64,000 nt of DNA from the human T2T-CHM13v2.0 reference genome, Homo sapiens. Position numbers and translations under genes: made by a program. Within the stretch, counting starts at the first letter, position 1. Each line of letters opens with the position of its first letter. The notes under the pieces were generated by a model that saw only the letters and a list, made by a program, of their open reading frames with translations, was not told where the DNA came from and did no database searches. The DNA lies in the NCBI RefSeq assembly GCF_009914755.1, contig NC_060939.1; one strand, 5' to 3'. Shown in pieces: positions 13,421 through 27,415 of this stretch.

Positions 13421-16400
13421 TAGCCCAGCACAGATTTCTAACCCCGGAGGGCTATGAATGCTGAGCTGGCCCTGCCACAGAAGTGCTAGGCAACTTCTTA
13501 CCCTGTCTGGGCTCTGGGTCCTGCATAGCACATTGGATTTGTTTAGAATGCAACCAGACCTTATTCTGGGAGGGTCACAAGCATGCTTGGTGCCAGCATC
13601 CAGGCCCAGCCCAGTCCACTTTGCCTGCCTATAACAGGCTTGACAGCTGGGCCTTGGACTTACATCCAAGGTCCCATGACTGAACCCTGCAGCCGCTCCA
13701 GTCTCATCTCCTACCAGCCCCTCCTTGCCGCGTGTCCTGTCTGCACTCCCACGGTGTTCCAGGCTGCTGCTCACCTCCACACCTGTGCTCCTGCTGTTCC
13801 CTGTGCTAGGACTGTGTCTCCTCCTTATGCCTGTATCACCTGACAAACTCCTACTCATCCTTCAAAACCCATCTCCCGCTCTGACATACCCTCCAATACA
13901 CCCTTGCCTGCACCCCAGGGTGAGGAGGGGGCTGGCTGGGGGGCTCCCCCGCTACTGCATTTGCCATACTGATTTACTATGCCACACTGCCTGCTCTCAC
14001 ATCGACTAGAATACAAGCTACTTGGGGACAGAGACCCCAAGCCTTGGCCGCATCTGTGTCTCCAGTGCCCACCACAGGGCCTGGCCAAGTGGGCCTGCCA
14101 AAGAGTATATCCTGAACTGGGAGGACCTCAGTCCTTGGCCTGGGTGGGGGAAAGGCAGTGCTCACCCCTCCCCTAGAGATGGAAGGAGACACACTCTTGC
14201 CACCCTGGCTGCCCACTTATAGGGTCATGGCGACCTCAAGGCAGACAGTGGATTCAGTTAGGGCAAAATGCAAACACACATTTCAGGGGTGGGGGGCACA
14301 GAGCAGGGGGCTTTAACCAAGCTCTCTGCCCACCCTCCCCCTGCCAGCCCCCTAGTCTGGACCCATCCCAGGGCCCCTCTGTGAACATCACTGGCATCAT
14401 GACGAGCCCTTTCCTGCAGACAGCTCCAAGCTGTGGTGGAGCACCTGGGGTGGGGATTTGGGGGTTAGGAGGGGTACAGTTCCATTTGTATTTCAGGCCC
14501 AGCAGCATTCCTGCCAGGAGAGAGTTTTAGAAATGGAAATGGAGGGCTGTGTTCCCTCAGCACATGTCCCGCCTCCGGGAGCTGGCATCTCTGCTCTCAC
14601 ATGGCCCATGTGCAGGGGCACAGAACCCCAGGTGCCAACGAGCCCCCTCCTAGGCTGCAGCAGAAGCCCACAGCCAGGCAGGGCCCAGAGAAGTCTGACA
14701 GCCTGCCAAAAGCAACAGCAAAAACCACCTCAGCCCAGGAGCCTCCCATCCCCCACCCCCGTGTGTCTGATGCGGTGGTTTTATTGCGGGCAGTGAGGGC
14801 ATTCATGACAGCCTCAGAATGTATGAGCCAGACCTGGAGCCAGCAGGGGTAGGGGGAGCAGAGCAACTGTGCGACTCCAGGAGATGGGATGTGGGCTCAG
14901 TGGAGGCCGTTGCAGGGGACCAGGTAGGCATCTGGACCTTCTGGCTAGGCCAGCTTCAAGCTCGAGTTGCGGGGAGGCCTCTCCTACCAGCAGCTAAGCA
15001 TGGCTATCAACATCCTGCGTGCCCCACCCTGAGTTCAGCTGAGCCTCTGGCCCTGCAATAGGGAGATCCCAGCCCTGATGAGTGATGAAGCATGAGCCCT
15101 GCCCTTGCGGACTCCAAGGCCAAGGCCAGTTGAGGACAGGAGAGCCAGCCCCAGGGTCCGGAGTGGTGGTGAAGACTCTGGAACCAGCTCACCCACTCCA
15201 AGAACTTCCCTAGCCTCCTCATACCTCACTCTCCTCCTCTGTGGAATGGACATGGAGAAGGCTACTTCATCAGGTGACTGGTGGTGAAGTTAGGCCGATC
15301 TATTTAAGGTAGTTAGAACAGTGCCCAGCCTATGGTGAGCTCTTGTTACCTGCCTGGTGCAGGCTCTAGAAATTCAGAAAGGAAGCCAAGAAGAGTAGGA
15401 AAGTCTTTTGTTAGGAGGTGGGCTTTGCAGAATGGATCTGCAGAGATGGGGGAAGGCGACTCTGTCCTGTAGGTGGGGGAACTGCGTGAGCAAAGGCACA
15501 GAGGCCGGATGCACTGAACCTGTTTGTTCCCCCAGAGGTTCTGAGGCCACAGGAAGTGGCTGGCGTGGGAGTGGCTGGTCCAAGGGGAGCTGCACTATTA
15601 AGTGTGGAGGGGGAGGGGGACAGGAGCAGGACCACAGGGACCTTGACCGCCAAGCTGGGGGAAGGAAGTGTGAATAAAGCCCCAATGCCACCAGGCATCT
15701 CTGTACTGCCCTCCTCTCCCTCCCCACTCCAGCCAGGCACCTGCCCTGTTTCCTGGGACCCCCTGAAGGAGGACATCCCTTAGCTCCACAAAGAGCCCTG
15801 CCCTAGTCTTCACATAGTAATTGTCTTGTGTGTCTCACCCAGTGATAAGGGGTGGGCAAGGGGCAGGGGTGGGGGCTCTTGAGCACCCGTTTTATAGATG
15901 AAATGCCTGAGACCAGGCGGGAGCCCCTGGGGCCTCCCTGGCTTCATGGGGCAGGCTCAAGTCCCTCAAGGGCGCGGCTTCCCTCCCTCTCAGCAGCCCA
16001 CACTTGTTCTATGTCCGGTGATGGGTCCCTGAGGGTCCGCTGGGGCGCCCCTCCAGCCTCCCGCCAGAGCAGGGCTGGAAGACTGCCATGTCTGGGGCCA
16101 GGCTGAGCTCAGTGCATGCCTCTGCGTAGTGCATTATTGATGGGGCTTCTAATTGTGCGTTTCCCAAAGTCTACAGGCTTTTGATGAAAAATTCATGGCA
16201 CGCCCGAGGATGGGAGCAGACTCAATCGATTGGCGCACAGCAGGCAGGGGAGGACAGGGCCCCTTGCAGGGAGGGGTGGTGAAGCCTGGTCTGGGAGGCT
16301 TCTTGCCCCAGGATCTTGGGGATAGCAGGGGGCACACACCCATTTCCCTGGTGGGGAGGCTGAGGGGCAGGAGCAGGAAGATTTAAGGCCCACATCTCAG

Positions 16401-16837
16401 TGCCAGCCAGTGACTGGTGCCATCCAGGGAGGATGGCCGACTCCACCACGGGCCTCCCTTTCATTTCCCTGGAGGGGTGCTAGACCCTCCAGAGCCCCTC
16501 AGGAGAGTTGCACAGAGGAGGGAGTAATATTTCTGGAGCCACTCTTATATGCCAGACGCTGCTCGGACGTGTACACTCGCAGCCTCATTTAATCCCCAAC
16601 AGCGTTATGAGATGGGCACAGTGATGCACTCCATTTTACAGAGGAGAAAACAGGCTTAGAGAGGTTAAGTGACCTGTCCAAAGTCACACAGCTGCTTAGT
16701 AACAGAGCCCACTATCTTTCCACTTCACCAGGCCCACTCAAATAAGAACTAATAGGAGTATGGGGATTGTCTTGTGCCACTCCCCTACTTGTCCCTATTG
16801 TTCAGAGGAAGTGTCCCCATTAAGAAAAAGTGGAGTG

Positions 16838-17317
<480 letters not shown>

Positions 17318-18342
17318 TCAGGGATTATTATTGTGCCACCATTGAGGCCCCAAAGAACACTGTAAGTCATCTATTCATTCATTAAACAAGTAAACAAATA
17401 TTTATGAAGTCCCAGTGCTGGTCAGCATCTTGCTAGGTCCAGGTGGAGGGCCCTATCATGAAAGCCTTTGGGACCAAGCTTGTCTGGGACAGACAGGCTG
17501 AACCCAGTTCAGCTGGGGAAAGGCAGGCAGGCCCCTCCATGCCCCAGGAGGGGGTCTCCGCAACCCAGGCTGAAGCCAGTTATATCAGACATTCTGCCTT
17601 CATGACCAGGGCCGTTTCTAGGTGGCGGGCTGGCTTGTTTGGGTTTGTTTTTTTTTTTTTTTTGCTTCCCAGTGAGTTTCTTTCAAAAACTTCCACCCAT
17701 GTCTCCGCTGAACTAAAGAGAAAGGAATTTGTCCAGAGCATCAGGAAAGCAGCCAGAGGAAGTCCCCAGGGACCAGGCGTGGGGCCCTAAGCCACACTGC
17801 AGCTGCAGGGAAGAGAGTGAGCCCAGCTTGTGCTGCTGCGGGGGGGGGAGGACTCCTGAGGGGACAAGGGGGAATCAGGGAGCAGAGAGACTAAGGGGGA
17901 GGGGGAGGAGGAGACTCAGGGACAGAGGGTGAGGCTCAGTGGGAGAGAAAGGGGAGACAGGGTATGGGGGTAACCAGGAGGCAGAGAAAGTGGAGAAGAG
18001 CGGAGGGAGTTGAGGGGGAGGCAGGAACCAAGGTGTAGCCAAGGGCAGGTGAGGGAGGAGGGACTCTGAGCCTGGGCCAGGGGAGTCAGAAGGCCGGAGC
18101 CCTGAAGGGCCCCACAGCCCTCCCCGGCCCTGCTGTCTCCATACAATTCTGTGGCCAAGGAGTGAACCTTGCATGATTTCAGCCACCCCACCCAGACACC
18201 CCCCACCCTGGAACAAAGGGGAAGTGGCCCCATGGGCCTGCCTGCTTCCAGCTCAGGGCTGGGCTTGGTCACCAGGCAGGCACTTGTTGTAGCAACAGTC
18301 CCTGGGGACCCATCCTGGGGAACAGGACTGCTAGCAGTAAAG

Positions 18343-18411
18343 ATGGGGGAGCCAGGGCCCCCATCCCCTCCAGCCCCCAAGGCTGCCCCAGGCCTCATTG
18401 ACAGCTTCTCT
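18343..18411 (+). CDS. CCDC33: Candidate alternative first coding exon of a short CCDC33 isoform (MGEPGPPSPPAPKAAPGLIDSFS)
   Basis: Strong Kozak AAGATGG, 23 codons, donor TCT|GTAAGT in phase 0, in frame with acceptor exon at 29940 (EMNNY...). Confidence 0.65.
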
Positions 18412-18483
18412 GTAAGTCGCCCCCTCGCCCACTGGTTCTGGGAAGATGGGTTGGCTCGCCTAGCAGCAGGTGTGTTGGGGTGT

Positions 18484-18496
18484 GTTGCCCAGCAAC
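18484..18496. promoter_or_regulatory. RFX X-box motif GTTGCCCAGCAAC
   Basis: Near-palindromic match to GTTNCC-N-RGYAAC; further TAGCAAC half-site at ~18290. Confidence 0.5.
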
Positions 18497-20978
18497 CAGT
18501 AGAGGTGTTCCCAGAGCCTCTTAAGTGGGAGGCAGGGTGGAGAGGACCAGGGCTTTGGCCCTTAGATGCCCGTGGTCACAGGAATCTTTTGCAAGGCCCC
18601 TGGCTCCAGCCTAGGCCACCTGAGCCCACACAGTAATCCAGAGAGGGAGGACAGAAGGGCTTCTGGGAAAATCCCTTGAAGTGATCATTGCCTCCTGCTA
18701 GTCTGGGCCCTACCTCTGGTGTCTTGGAGGTCCAGCCTTGGATCCTAGAAAGTGGCTGAGCCTGGGCTAGCCTGGGAAGGCTTGCTGGTAGTGCATGTGT
18801 GGTGCCGAGCTGTGAGGAGGAGTGGGTGTGGCAGATGGGGCATCCAGTGGAAGCAGCAGCTCAGACTGGGGGCTGGGGCCGCCCCAGTAAGTGCTAACCT
18901 TTCTGGTTTGGGCCCCAGTTGCCAAAGCATTTCTTCTTCCCCTTTGGCAAGAATCCCAGAGGACAACCCCAACAAGGGTCATTCCCCACAGGGTGCAGAT
19001 GAGCAGGCACGGAGTGGGCAAGGGCCTCGCTTCGGGTCGTTCGACAGCTGTGGGCAGAGGCTGGATCAGAACCCAAGGTTCTGGGTTCCAGCCAGGGCTC
19101 TTCCCCCACCCAATGTGGGGCATTCCTGAGGCAGCAAAGCTCTAACCAGGGAGGATTCTGGCAGGAGGTGACCAGTGGGGAAGGGTTCTTTGAGGAAGAG
19201 TGAACAGGGCCTGTGAGACCAGGACTGGGGCCTGCCCCTCACCACCTGCTGAATGCCCAGCCCTGTACTCACCTGGGCTGAGAGCAAGGGCTGGCCCCAA
19301 TCTGCTGTCAGCAGAGGCTGGACTCTGGCCCAATACCCAAGGAGTCATGACTGATGGCCTGTCTTGGGATAGCCCGGGGGTCTTCCTGGAGGAGGAGGGC
19401 CCAGAATGGAGCCTTGAGGGTCAGGCAGCGTTCAGAAAAGCCTAGGAGGGGAAGTAGGAATGGGAAGCCAGCATCTTCCAGGAAGCCCCGCCCCCACCCC
19501 AGCCCAGCCGGTCTCCATTGTCCCAGCCAGGCCCAATTAGCACCTGGCTCCTGCAGGGGCCAATTAGACAGGGGCTGAGGTCAGCTGCCGGCCAAGGCCC
19601 TGCCACCCCTCCAAGCTTCACCAAGCCAAGCACAAAAGCTTTCTAGGCATCATCTCTGCTGCAGCAGGAAGGGAAAGAAAGAACAGAAGAAAGGGAAAAT
19701 TCACTCCTTTTGTTTCTTTGCCATAACCTTGGGCTGAACAAAGAAGCAACTGCCTCCCCTCCCTGGGAGGGCAGCTTCTGTGGAGCAGGAAGTCTGTTTT
19801 AAACAGCAATTTGCACAGATTTGTTGTGGTTGGGAGGCCCAGATGACATTCGAGGGGAACCAGGAGCAGAGACCTGGGGTGAGCAGGGCCCTGGTTCTAG
19901 AAACTCCTGTGACTCCCCACTGCGCTCTGTTCAGAAGCAGAGCTTCCGGGCCTGGCTGGTGCAAACAGGTGGGCCTGCTCCAGCTCTCTAGCCAGACAGA
20001 CCTGTGTACTTTGCTGCCTCCAAAGAGCCCAGCCCACATGGGCCTCCACACCTTCCCTCAGTGTTCCCCACCTCTGAAGTCCCACCCAATCCAGTCAAAT
20101 CTCACCTGCACCTCAAAGGCCCAGCTCCACCCCTCCCCTGCAGGATCCCCTCCCCAACCCTACCCCTGGCCTTGACTTGCACTCCTAGGGTGTGAGCCAT
20201 GTCCCACACAAGGCCTGCCTCCCACCGGGAACTCTCTGAGTGCAGGGTCTCCCCACCCCCAACAGAGCTGAGCTTAGGGGTACAAACAGCAGCTGCCAGG
20301 CCCTGCTGGGGAGCAGGTGGAAGGGAGATATATGCCAGAGTCCAAAATGGGGTTTGGGAAGCTGGGGCCACCCTGGGGTGGTGACAGGTGGAGAAGGGGA
20401 CCCACCAGTGCCATTGCCTCCTCCAGGCTCCCACCCCCAGGGCAATGCCACATCGCACAGACCACCCTGCCCTCACCTCCCTAACCCTGCCCTCTGTGTC
20501 TCAGGAGCGCAGCCTCTCCCACTGGGCTATGCCCTTGCCGCTTCGATATCCCACCCAGCCAATGAGGCTCTCAGTCCTCCCTCGCCTGCCCTCTGGTGGT
20601 GATGAGGTTCCAGAGTGAATGGAGGGAAAGAAAGAAGCTTGTCCTCATGGCCAGTGGGTTCTATTGTCCTTCAGTGGCTGGGAAGGGAGCTTGGCTGGGT
20701 GGGCAGTGGCAAAGAACTGAGAGGCCAGGGTCCCAGTGGCATTGGCCCGTGTGTTTCTGGGAGTAAGGGGACTTCTTAGCCATGGTGAGCCCCAACCCCT
20801 GGGAAAACACTAGTCCCTTTCAGCAAATTTTCAGGCACAACCTCCATCCTCCCCGACTTGTCCCTGAGACGGCCCCTCAGAACTGGGCTTTTGCTCCCTG
20901 GTCTCTGGAACTGGAGGAGGCCAGCATCAATTTGCCAGCTGAATTTTCCATTGTATTTTAAAGAAATGTGGTTAATTC

Positions 20979-21452
20979 GCTTTATTTTATTTTATCTTAT
21001 TTTATTTATTTATTTATTTTTGAGATGGAGTCTTGCTCTGTTGCCCAGGCTGGAGTTCAGAGGCACGATCTCAGCTCAGTGCAACCTCCGCCCCACCCCC
21101 GCCTGCCCCCCAGTTCAAGCGATTCTCCCACCTCATCCTCCCAAGTAGCTGGGATTACAGGCATCCACCACCATGCCTGGCTAATTTTTGTATTTTTAGT
21201 AGAGATGGGGTTTCACCATGTTGGCCAGGCTGGTCTCAAACTGCTGACCTCAGGTGATCCACCTCCCTTAGCCTCCCAAAGTGCTGAGATTACAGGCATG
21301 AGCCACTGTGCCCGGTGTACTTTTTGTATTTTTAGTAGAGAGGGGGTTTCACTGTGTTGGCTAGGCTGGTCTTGAACTCCTGACCGTGAGTGATCCGCCC
21401 CCCTCGGCTCCCAAAGTGCTGGGATTACAGGCGTGAACCACCGCACCGGGCC
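20979..21452 (-). mobile_element. Three-monomer Alu (left+left+right)
   Basis: Extra left monomer 21320-21452 fused to a full Alu; single perfect 18-bp TSD AAGAAATGTGGTTAATTC at 20961-20978 and 21453-21470. Confidence 0.9.
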
Positions 21453-21899
21453 AAGAAATGTGGTTAATTCCCTTTAAAAGTATTGGGAAATTTAGATTAG
21501 CCAAGAGAGACCTCTCTGACATTCAAAGGACACCTACAGGAGTTCTGTTTGGCAAATCTGGCAGGAGCAGGGTCTGGGTCAAAGGATTTGCCTGAGTAAG
21601 TCAGGGAGGCAGGGAGGCCCTTCCCTGCCATCAAGGTCTTTAGGAGCTGAAGGGGGAGCATGTGCGTGGCCCTTGGCAGATGAGGAGTGCCAGGCTGGTG
21701 TAGGCGAGAAACAGCTTCTGGGCAGAGGTAGGGAAGGCTTTGAAGATAGGGGCCCAGAAGGCTGGGCCCATGGGTGGAGTGGCCAGGGCTAAATTCTGAA
21801 AGGGGGTCTAGCTGTGCTGAAAGAGGTGGAAATTCAAAGTTGGAAATTTACCATGAGGGCCAGTGGGAGTCATTGGAGGGGTCTGGAGGCCAGAGAGGA

Positions 21900-22130
21900 T
21901 GTTCCAGTTACCTATTGCAATAACAAACTACCCCAAAATGTTATCATTTAAAACGATAATTTTTTCTTTTATTATCACATCTCATAGCTTTGTGGGTCAG
22001 GAACTCAGCCACGGCACAGCAGGTCTAAGTCCTCAGCTGGGACGACCTACGGGCAGGGGCGGGAGCAGCCAGGGCTGGGTGGGCCTCGCTCTCTCCCATA
22101 CACTTAGTTTGGGCTTCCTCACAGTCTCAG
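21900..22130. mobile_element. MLT1-type (MaLR) LTR fragment
   Basis: TATTGCAATAACAAACTACCCCAAAA...CTCATAGCTTTGTGGGTCAGGAA resembles MLT1 termini. Confidence 0.55.
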
Positions 22131-23263
22131 GGCAGCAAGGAATTAGCAGCTAGCAGGGAAGAATTGGGGTTACTGCAAGATGGGTCTCATCCCAAGCCCC
22201 TGTCCTCACCACTCAGCCCCAACATCTTCCCTGGAGCTAACCCAGGATAGAGGCCCCAGGTTCAAGATTCACTGAGTGACTTCAGGCAAATCTCTGCACC
22301 TCTCTGGTCCCAATATCAGAACTTGTGAGATGGGGGTTCCAGGGCTAGAGGTCTTGGAAGGCTGGCTGGACCACCTGGAGGAAGGACATGTGCTCCTGGA
22401 ACTGGGGAGAGAGACAGCTCCGCACACACCTTCCCCACAATATGAGCTGTGGGCCACTCAGGTTGGCCTCATCCCACCACAGGCTGAAGCTGAGTGTCTG
22501 TGGGAGGCGGCTGCCCTCTGCTGACTGCAAAGGCAAACCACATGCAGATGGCCTGGGCCTGCCAGCGATGGATCCTGGGGATCCGGGGAACCCTGAGATT
22601 GGGTGGCCGCCCAAGGAAGGGGACAGAGGAGAGGGTGTGTGCCTGGTCCAGCAAACCCACCCTCTGCACCCACTTCAACACTAGCCAGACTGCCACCCAC
22701 ACTACCTCAGACCCAGCAACCTGTCTCAGGCCTCCTTCTCTGGGAGAGTGAAGCCCCTCCCCGCTCCTACCCCTGCTCCAGCCCATACCTCCCCTATGCA
22801 TCCCTCCCTCTTACCTTCTAAGTCTCCAGGAAATCCTCTCTCTCCACCACTATGCCTCTCCTTGACCCTGTTTTCCTAGCTACCTTTGACCCTTCTCAAC
22901 CTCACTGTCCCCTCAGACCTTACCCACAGCACCCAGCATTCAGAGCACTGGCCAAGGTCACTTCCTCCAGGCCACACCAAGAGGCTCCCTCTGCAGATCC
23001 GGAAACTGCTAAGCCTTCTCTCCTTTTTCCAAAATTCTTTTAAATTGTGAAATGTAACCCATTTCACAATTTAAGAAAAATTGCATTGAACATATAGAAC
23101 ATAATTATTATAAATTATTATATAGCAAATGTCCATGAAACCACCACCCAGGTCAGGAAACAGCATCACCAGCATCCTCACGCCCCTCATGCCCCTCCCA
23201 GCCACACCCCTCCTCTCCTGGATGTAATCACTCTGCCAGCTTTCTGTCCTTGCTTTGCTTCTT

Positions 23264-23886
<623 letters not shown>

Positions 23887-24488
23887 TGCTTTGCTTCTTT
23901 ATACTGTCGCTACCTGAGCATGCCTCTCGAATCACTCTGGCCTAAATTTTCTATTTTTACCTTCATGGAGAGGGCACCGTGACATACGCATTGCTTTGCA
24001 CACGGCTCTTTTGCTCACCTTGATGTATGTGAGGTTCACCCACATCATGGTTTCTTATTGCTCTGAAGTATCCCGCTGTATGGGTCTCCACCTGCCCCTA
24101 TCTCTGCCCCATAATTCCTCACTCACCTGCCAGTTCTTTAATGTTTTTATGAAGGTGAGTTTTGCTTTGTGTCCCATTCAGACCATCTCTAGCGGCGGGT
24201 TCATCTCCATCATCCAAGCCGCAAGACTCAAGCGGAAGGTGGTTGTCCTCCTTTTGAAGCCCTCTTGCCAGCCTGCTCTCGCCGCTTTTCCTCCTACCTC
24301 TCTGGCAATTGCGCTAGTCCTGAGAGCTCCTCTCCTACCACCCCTTGTCCTTGAACCCCCTCCTCACTCCACAGTTGCCAGACGCTGAAAATCTGCTCCC
24401 TTCCCAAGGCTCCAATGGAACCAGGGCTGTCCTGCCACCTGTCCCCCACCAGGATTCACTCCAGGCTTGATCACCATCAGCCACTGCT

Positions 24489-24815
24489 GGCCTCCTGCAC
24501 CTGAGGCCCTGCAGGTACCTCACCCCTAACACGCTCCTCCCCCAACCCAGCTCCCCCTCCTTCCCACTCCAGACCTGCGCCTCCTCCACCCAAAGACCCC
24601 AGCTCCTCCTCTCCTCATCCCCCACCTCCTCCTTCTCCCCTCTTCCTCCTTCCCACTCCAGGCATGCACCTCTACCAAAAGGCCCCAGACTTCTCCCACT
24701 CCTCCCCCTCCTCCCCCACCTCCTCCTCCTCCACACTGCAGGCATGCACCTCCTCCACCCAAAGACCCTAGCCCCCTGCCAACCTCCTGCTCTGCCATCC
24801 CCAACCCTCCTCTTC
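24489..24815. repeat. Degenerate C-rich tandem repeat (~80-bp period)
   Basis: Recurring CAGGCATGCACCTC / CCACCCAAAGACCC blocks separated by CCT runs. Confidence 0.6.
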
Positions 24816-25741
24816 GTTGTTCACTTCACTCTGTCATGCTGAGTCCTCCTTGGTCTGCCTCCACCCAGCAAGGGTCCCTGGCTCCCTGCTCTGGGCCTCC
24901 ATTCATTTCTCTGTCCATCTTGGTGGCCTGAGGCATCTTGCCACAAACCCCCTCCAGCTTAGGCCCTTCACTGGCCTGCAGGATGGAATCCAAGCTCCTG
25001 AGATTGCCACACCCCTACTTACTCCCCAACCAGCACTCTGCCCTCCAGGAAGTCACCGGCTTTGTTCCTGATCATACACTCTCTCTCCTCCCTGCCTTTG
25101 CCACAGTGTCTCCTCTGCCCAAGAGCCCTCTCCCCTACCCCGGGTAACACCTGCTCACCCTCCTAGAGTGAGCTCAGGCTATCACCACCTCCAGGAAGGC
25201 TTCCTAGACCTGGGGTTAGGAAAAGAGACTCCTGTAAGCTCTCCTCTGCCACAGATGTCACTGCCATCTCCTTGGTGTAGATGGGAGACCATCACAAGCA
25301 GGGACGGTCTGGGCTGGTCTGGGCTCCATGGCCCCAGTGTGGACATGGCCTTCAGCAACTGCTGGTGACTGTGCTGCTTCCAATGTAGCCTTTACACTGA
25401 GTCTCTGTGACCTTGGGAACACTACTTCCAATCTCAGCTTCCCCATTTTACAATGAGTTTATAAGGACCCTAAGTAGCCACAGGTGTCATTGGATGCAGT
25501 GCCTCAGATTCTGCCAGAAGCACTTCTTATTTTTTTGTGGGGGGTGGGTAAGGGTTAAGCATTACCCTCTTTAGGCCTCCTGCACCCAAGGCCCTGCAGG
25601 TACCTTACCCCCAACACACCCTCCCTAACCCAGCTCCTCCTTCTCCCCACTCCCAGCATAAAAACAAAGACAATCGCCATTCCTCCTCCTTCGTGGGAAC
25701 TGGTCCTCAGTTTCTATACAATGAAAGTAGTCACATCATCA

Positions 25742-26092
<351 letters not shown>

Positions 26093-27103
26093 TCAGAAGG
26101 TGGTGGAGGAAAAAGAGATGCTGTTGCCAGGCACCCTGTGTGCCAGAGCCTGGGCTGGCACTGTTCATGCCCCCTCTCTCTCCACAGCAACCCCCCTTGG
26201 GGTGGGGTGATTTTCCCATTCCACGGATGAGGACGCTAAGGCTCAGAGAACAGCCGCCCTTCCAGAGCCAAAGCGAAGGTGTCGGTGCAGCAAAGGCCAC
26301 CAGCGCTCAGTGGCAGTGGGGCAATTCAAACCCAAGGACACCTGACATTTCTCACCTGGGCAGGATCTGATAGCTGGGTCTTGGATGGGGAAAGCGCAGT
26401 GTCAATGGGTGAGGAGAATGCAGTGGGCACTAGCCTTAGGCACAATGGCTTTGGAGTCAGTCCTTCTAGAGGAGGCTAAGCCTAGGGACAAGACAGGGAA
26501 GTGGCTGGTGCCTGACCCTCCCCCAGCAGACTGGAAAGTGGGGAGGGGGCTGGAGGGGAGGGATTGGAGCAGGGGAGTCAGCAGGACCACAACAGGAATC
26601 TGGGCCATGGTGTCCTTCCTGTTCTCAAGGCTGGGCTGTGACGCAGAGCATGGCCCTGGGGGTTGGGGAGGCCCAGCTCCAGGCTGTAGGGAGTGGTCAG
26701 GGCTGCTCATCTGCAGGCAGTGTCCTCCCAGACCAGCTGTGCTGCTCAAGGTCACTGCTGTGCGGGTGGGGGAAGCCGAGGAGGGAAAGCAGGTCCTTCA
26801 GTTTCCCACAGATGTAGAGGGAAGAGAGCATACAGACTGAGGGGTAAGCCAGGGCCGAGATCCCTCTCCATGCCCTGGGGGAGCCCTCTCTCTCAGAGAG
26901 CAGCCAGGCTTGGTGGGGGAGGGGGATAGGCACCTGTGGAGGCCTACAGGACTAGTCTCCGAGGAGTGGAGTCCAGCAGGGACCGTCTGACTGAGACAGG
27001 GACGCGGCCTCACCAGAAGCCATGCTCTCCCTCCATCTCCTTCCTCGCTCTGGGCCCCAGCTTTCTTTGTCTATCAAAGCGAGGTGTTAATAACAGAGCT
27101 CTG

Positions 27104-27415
<312 letters not shown>

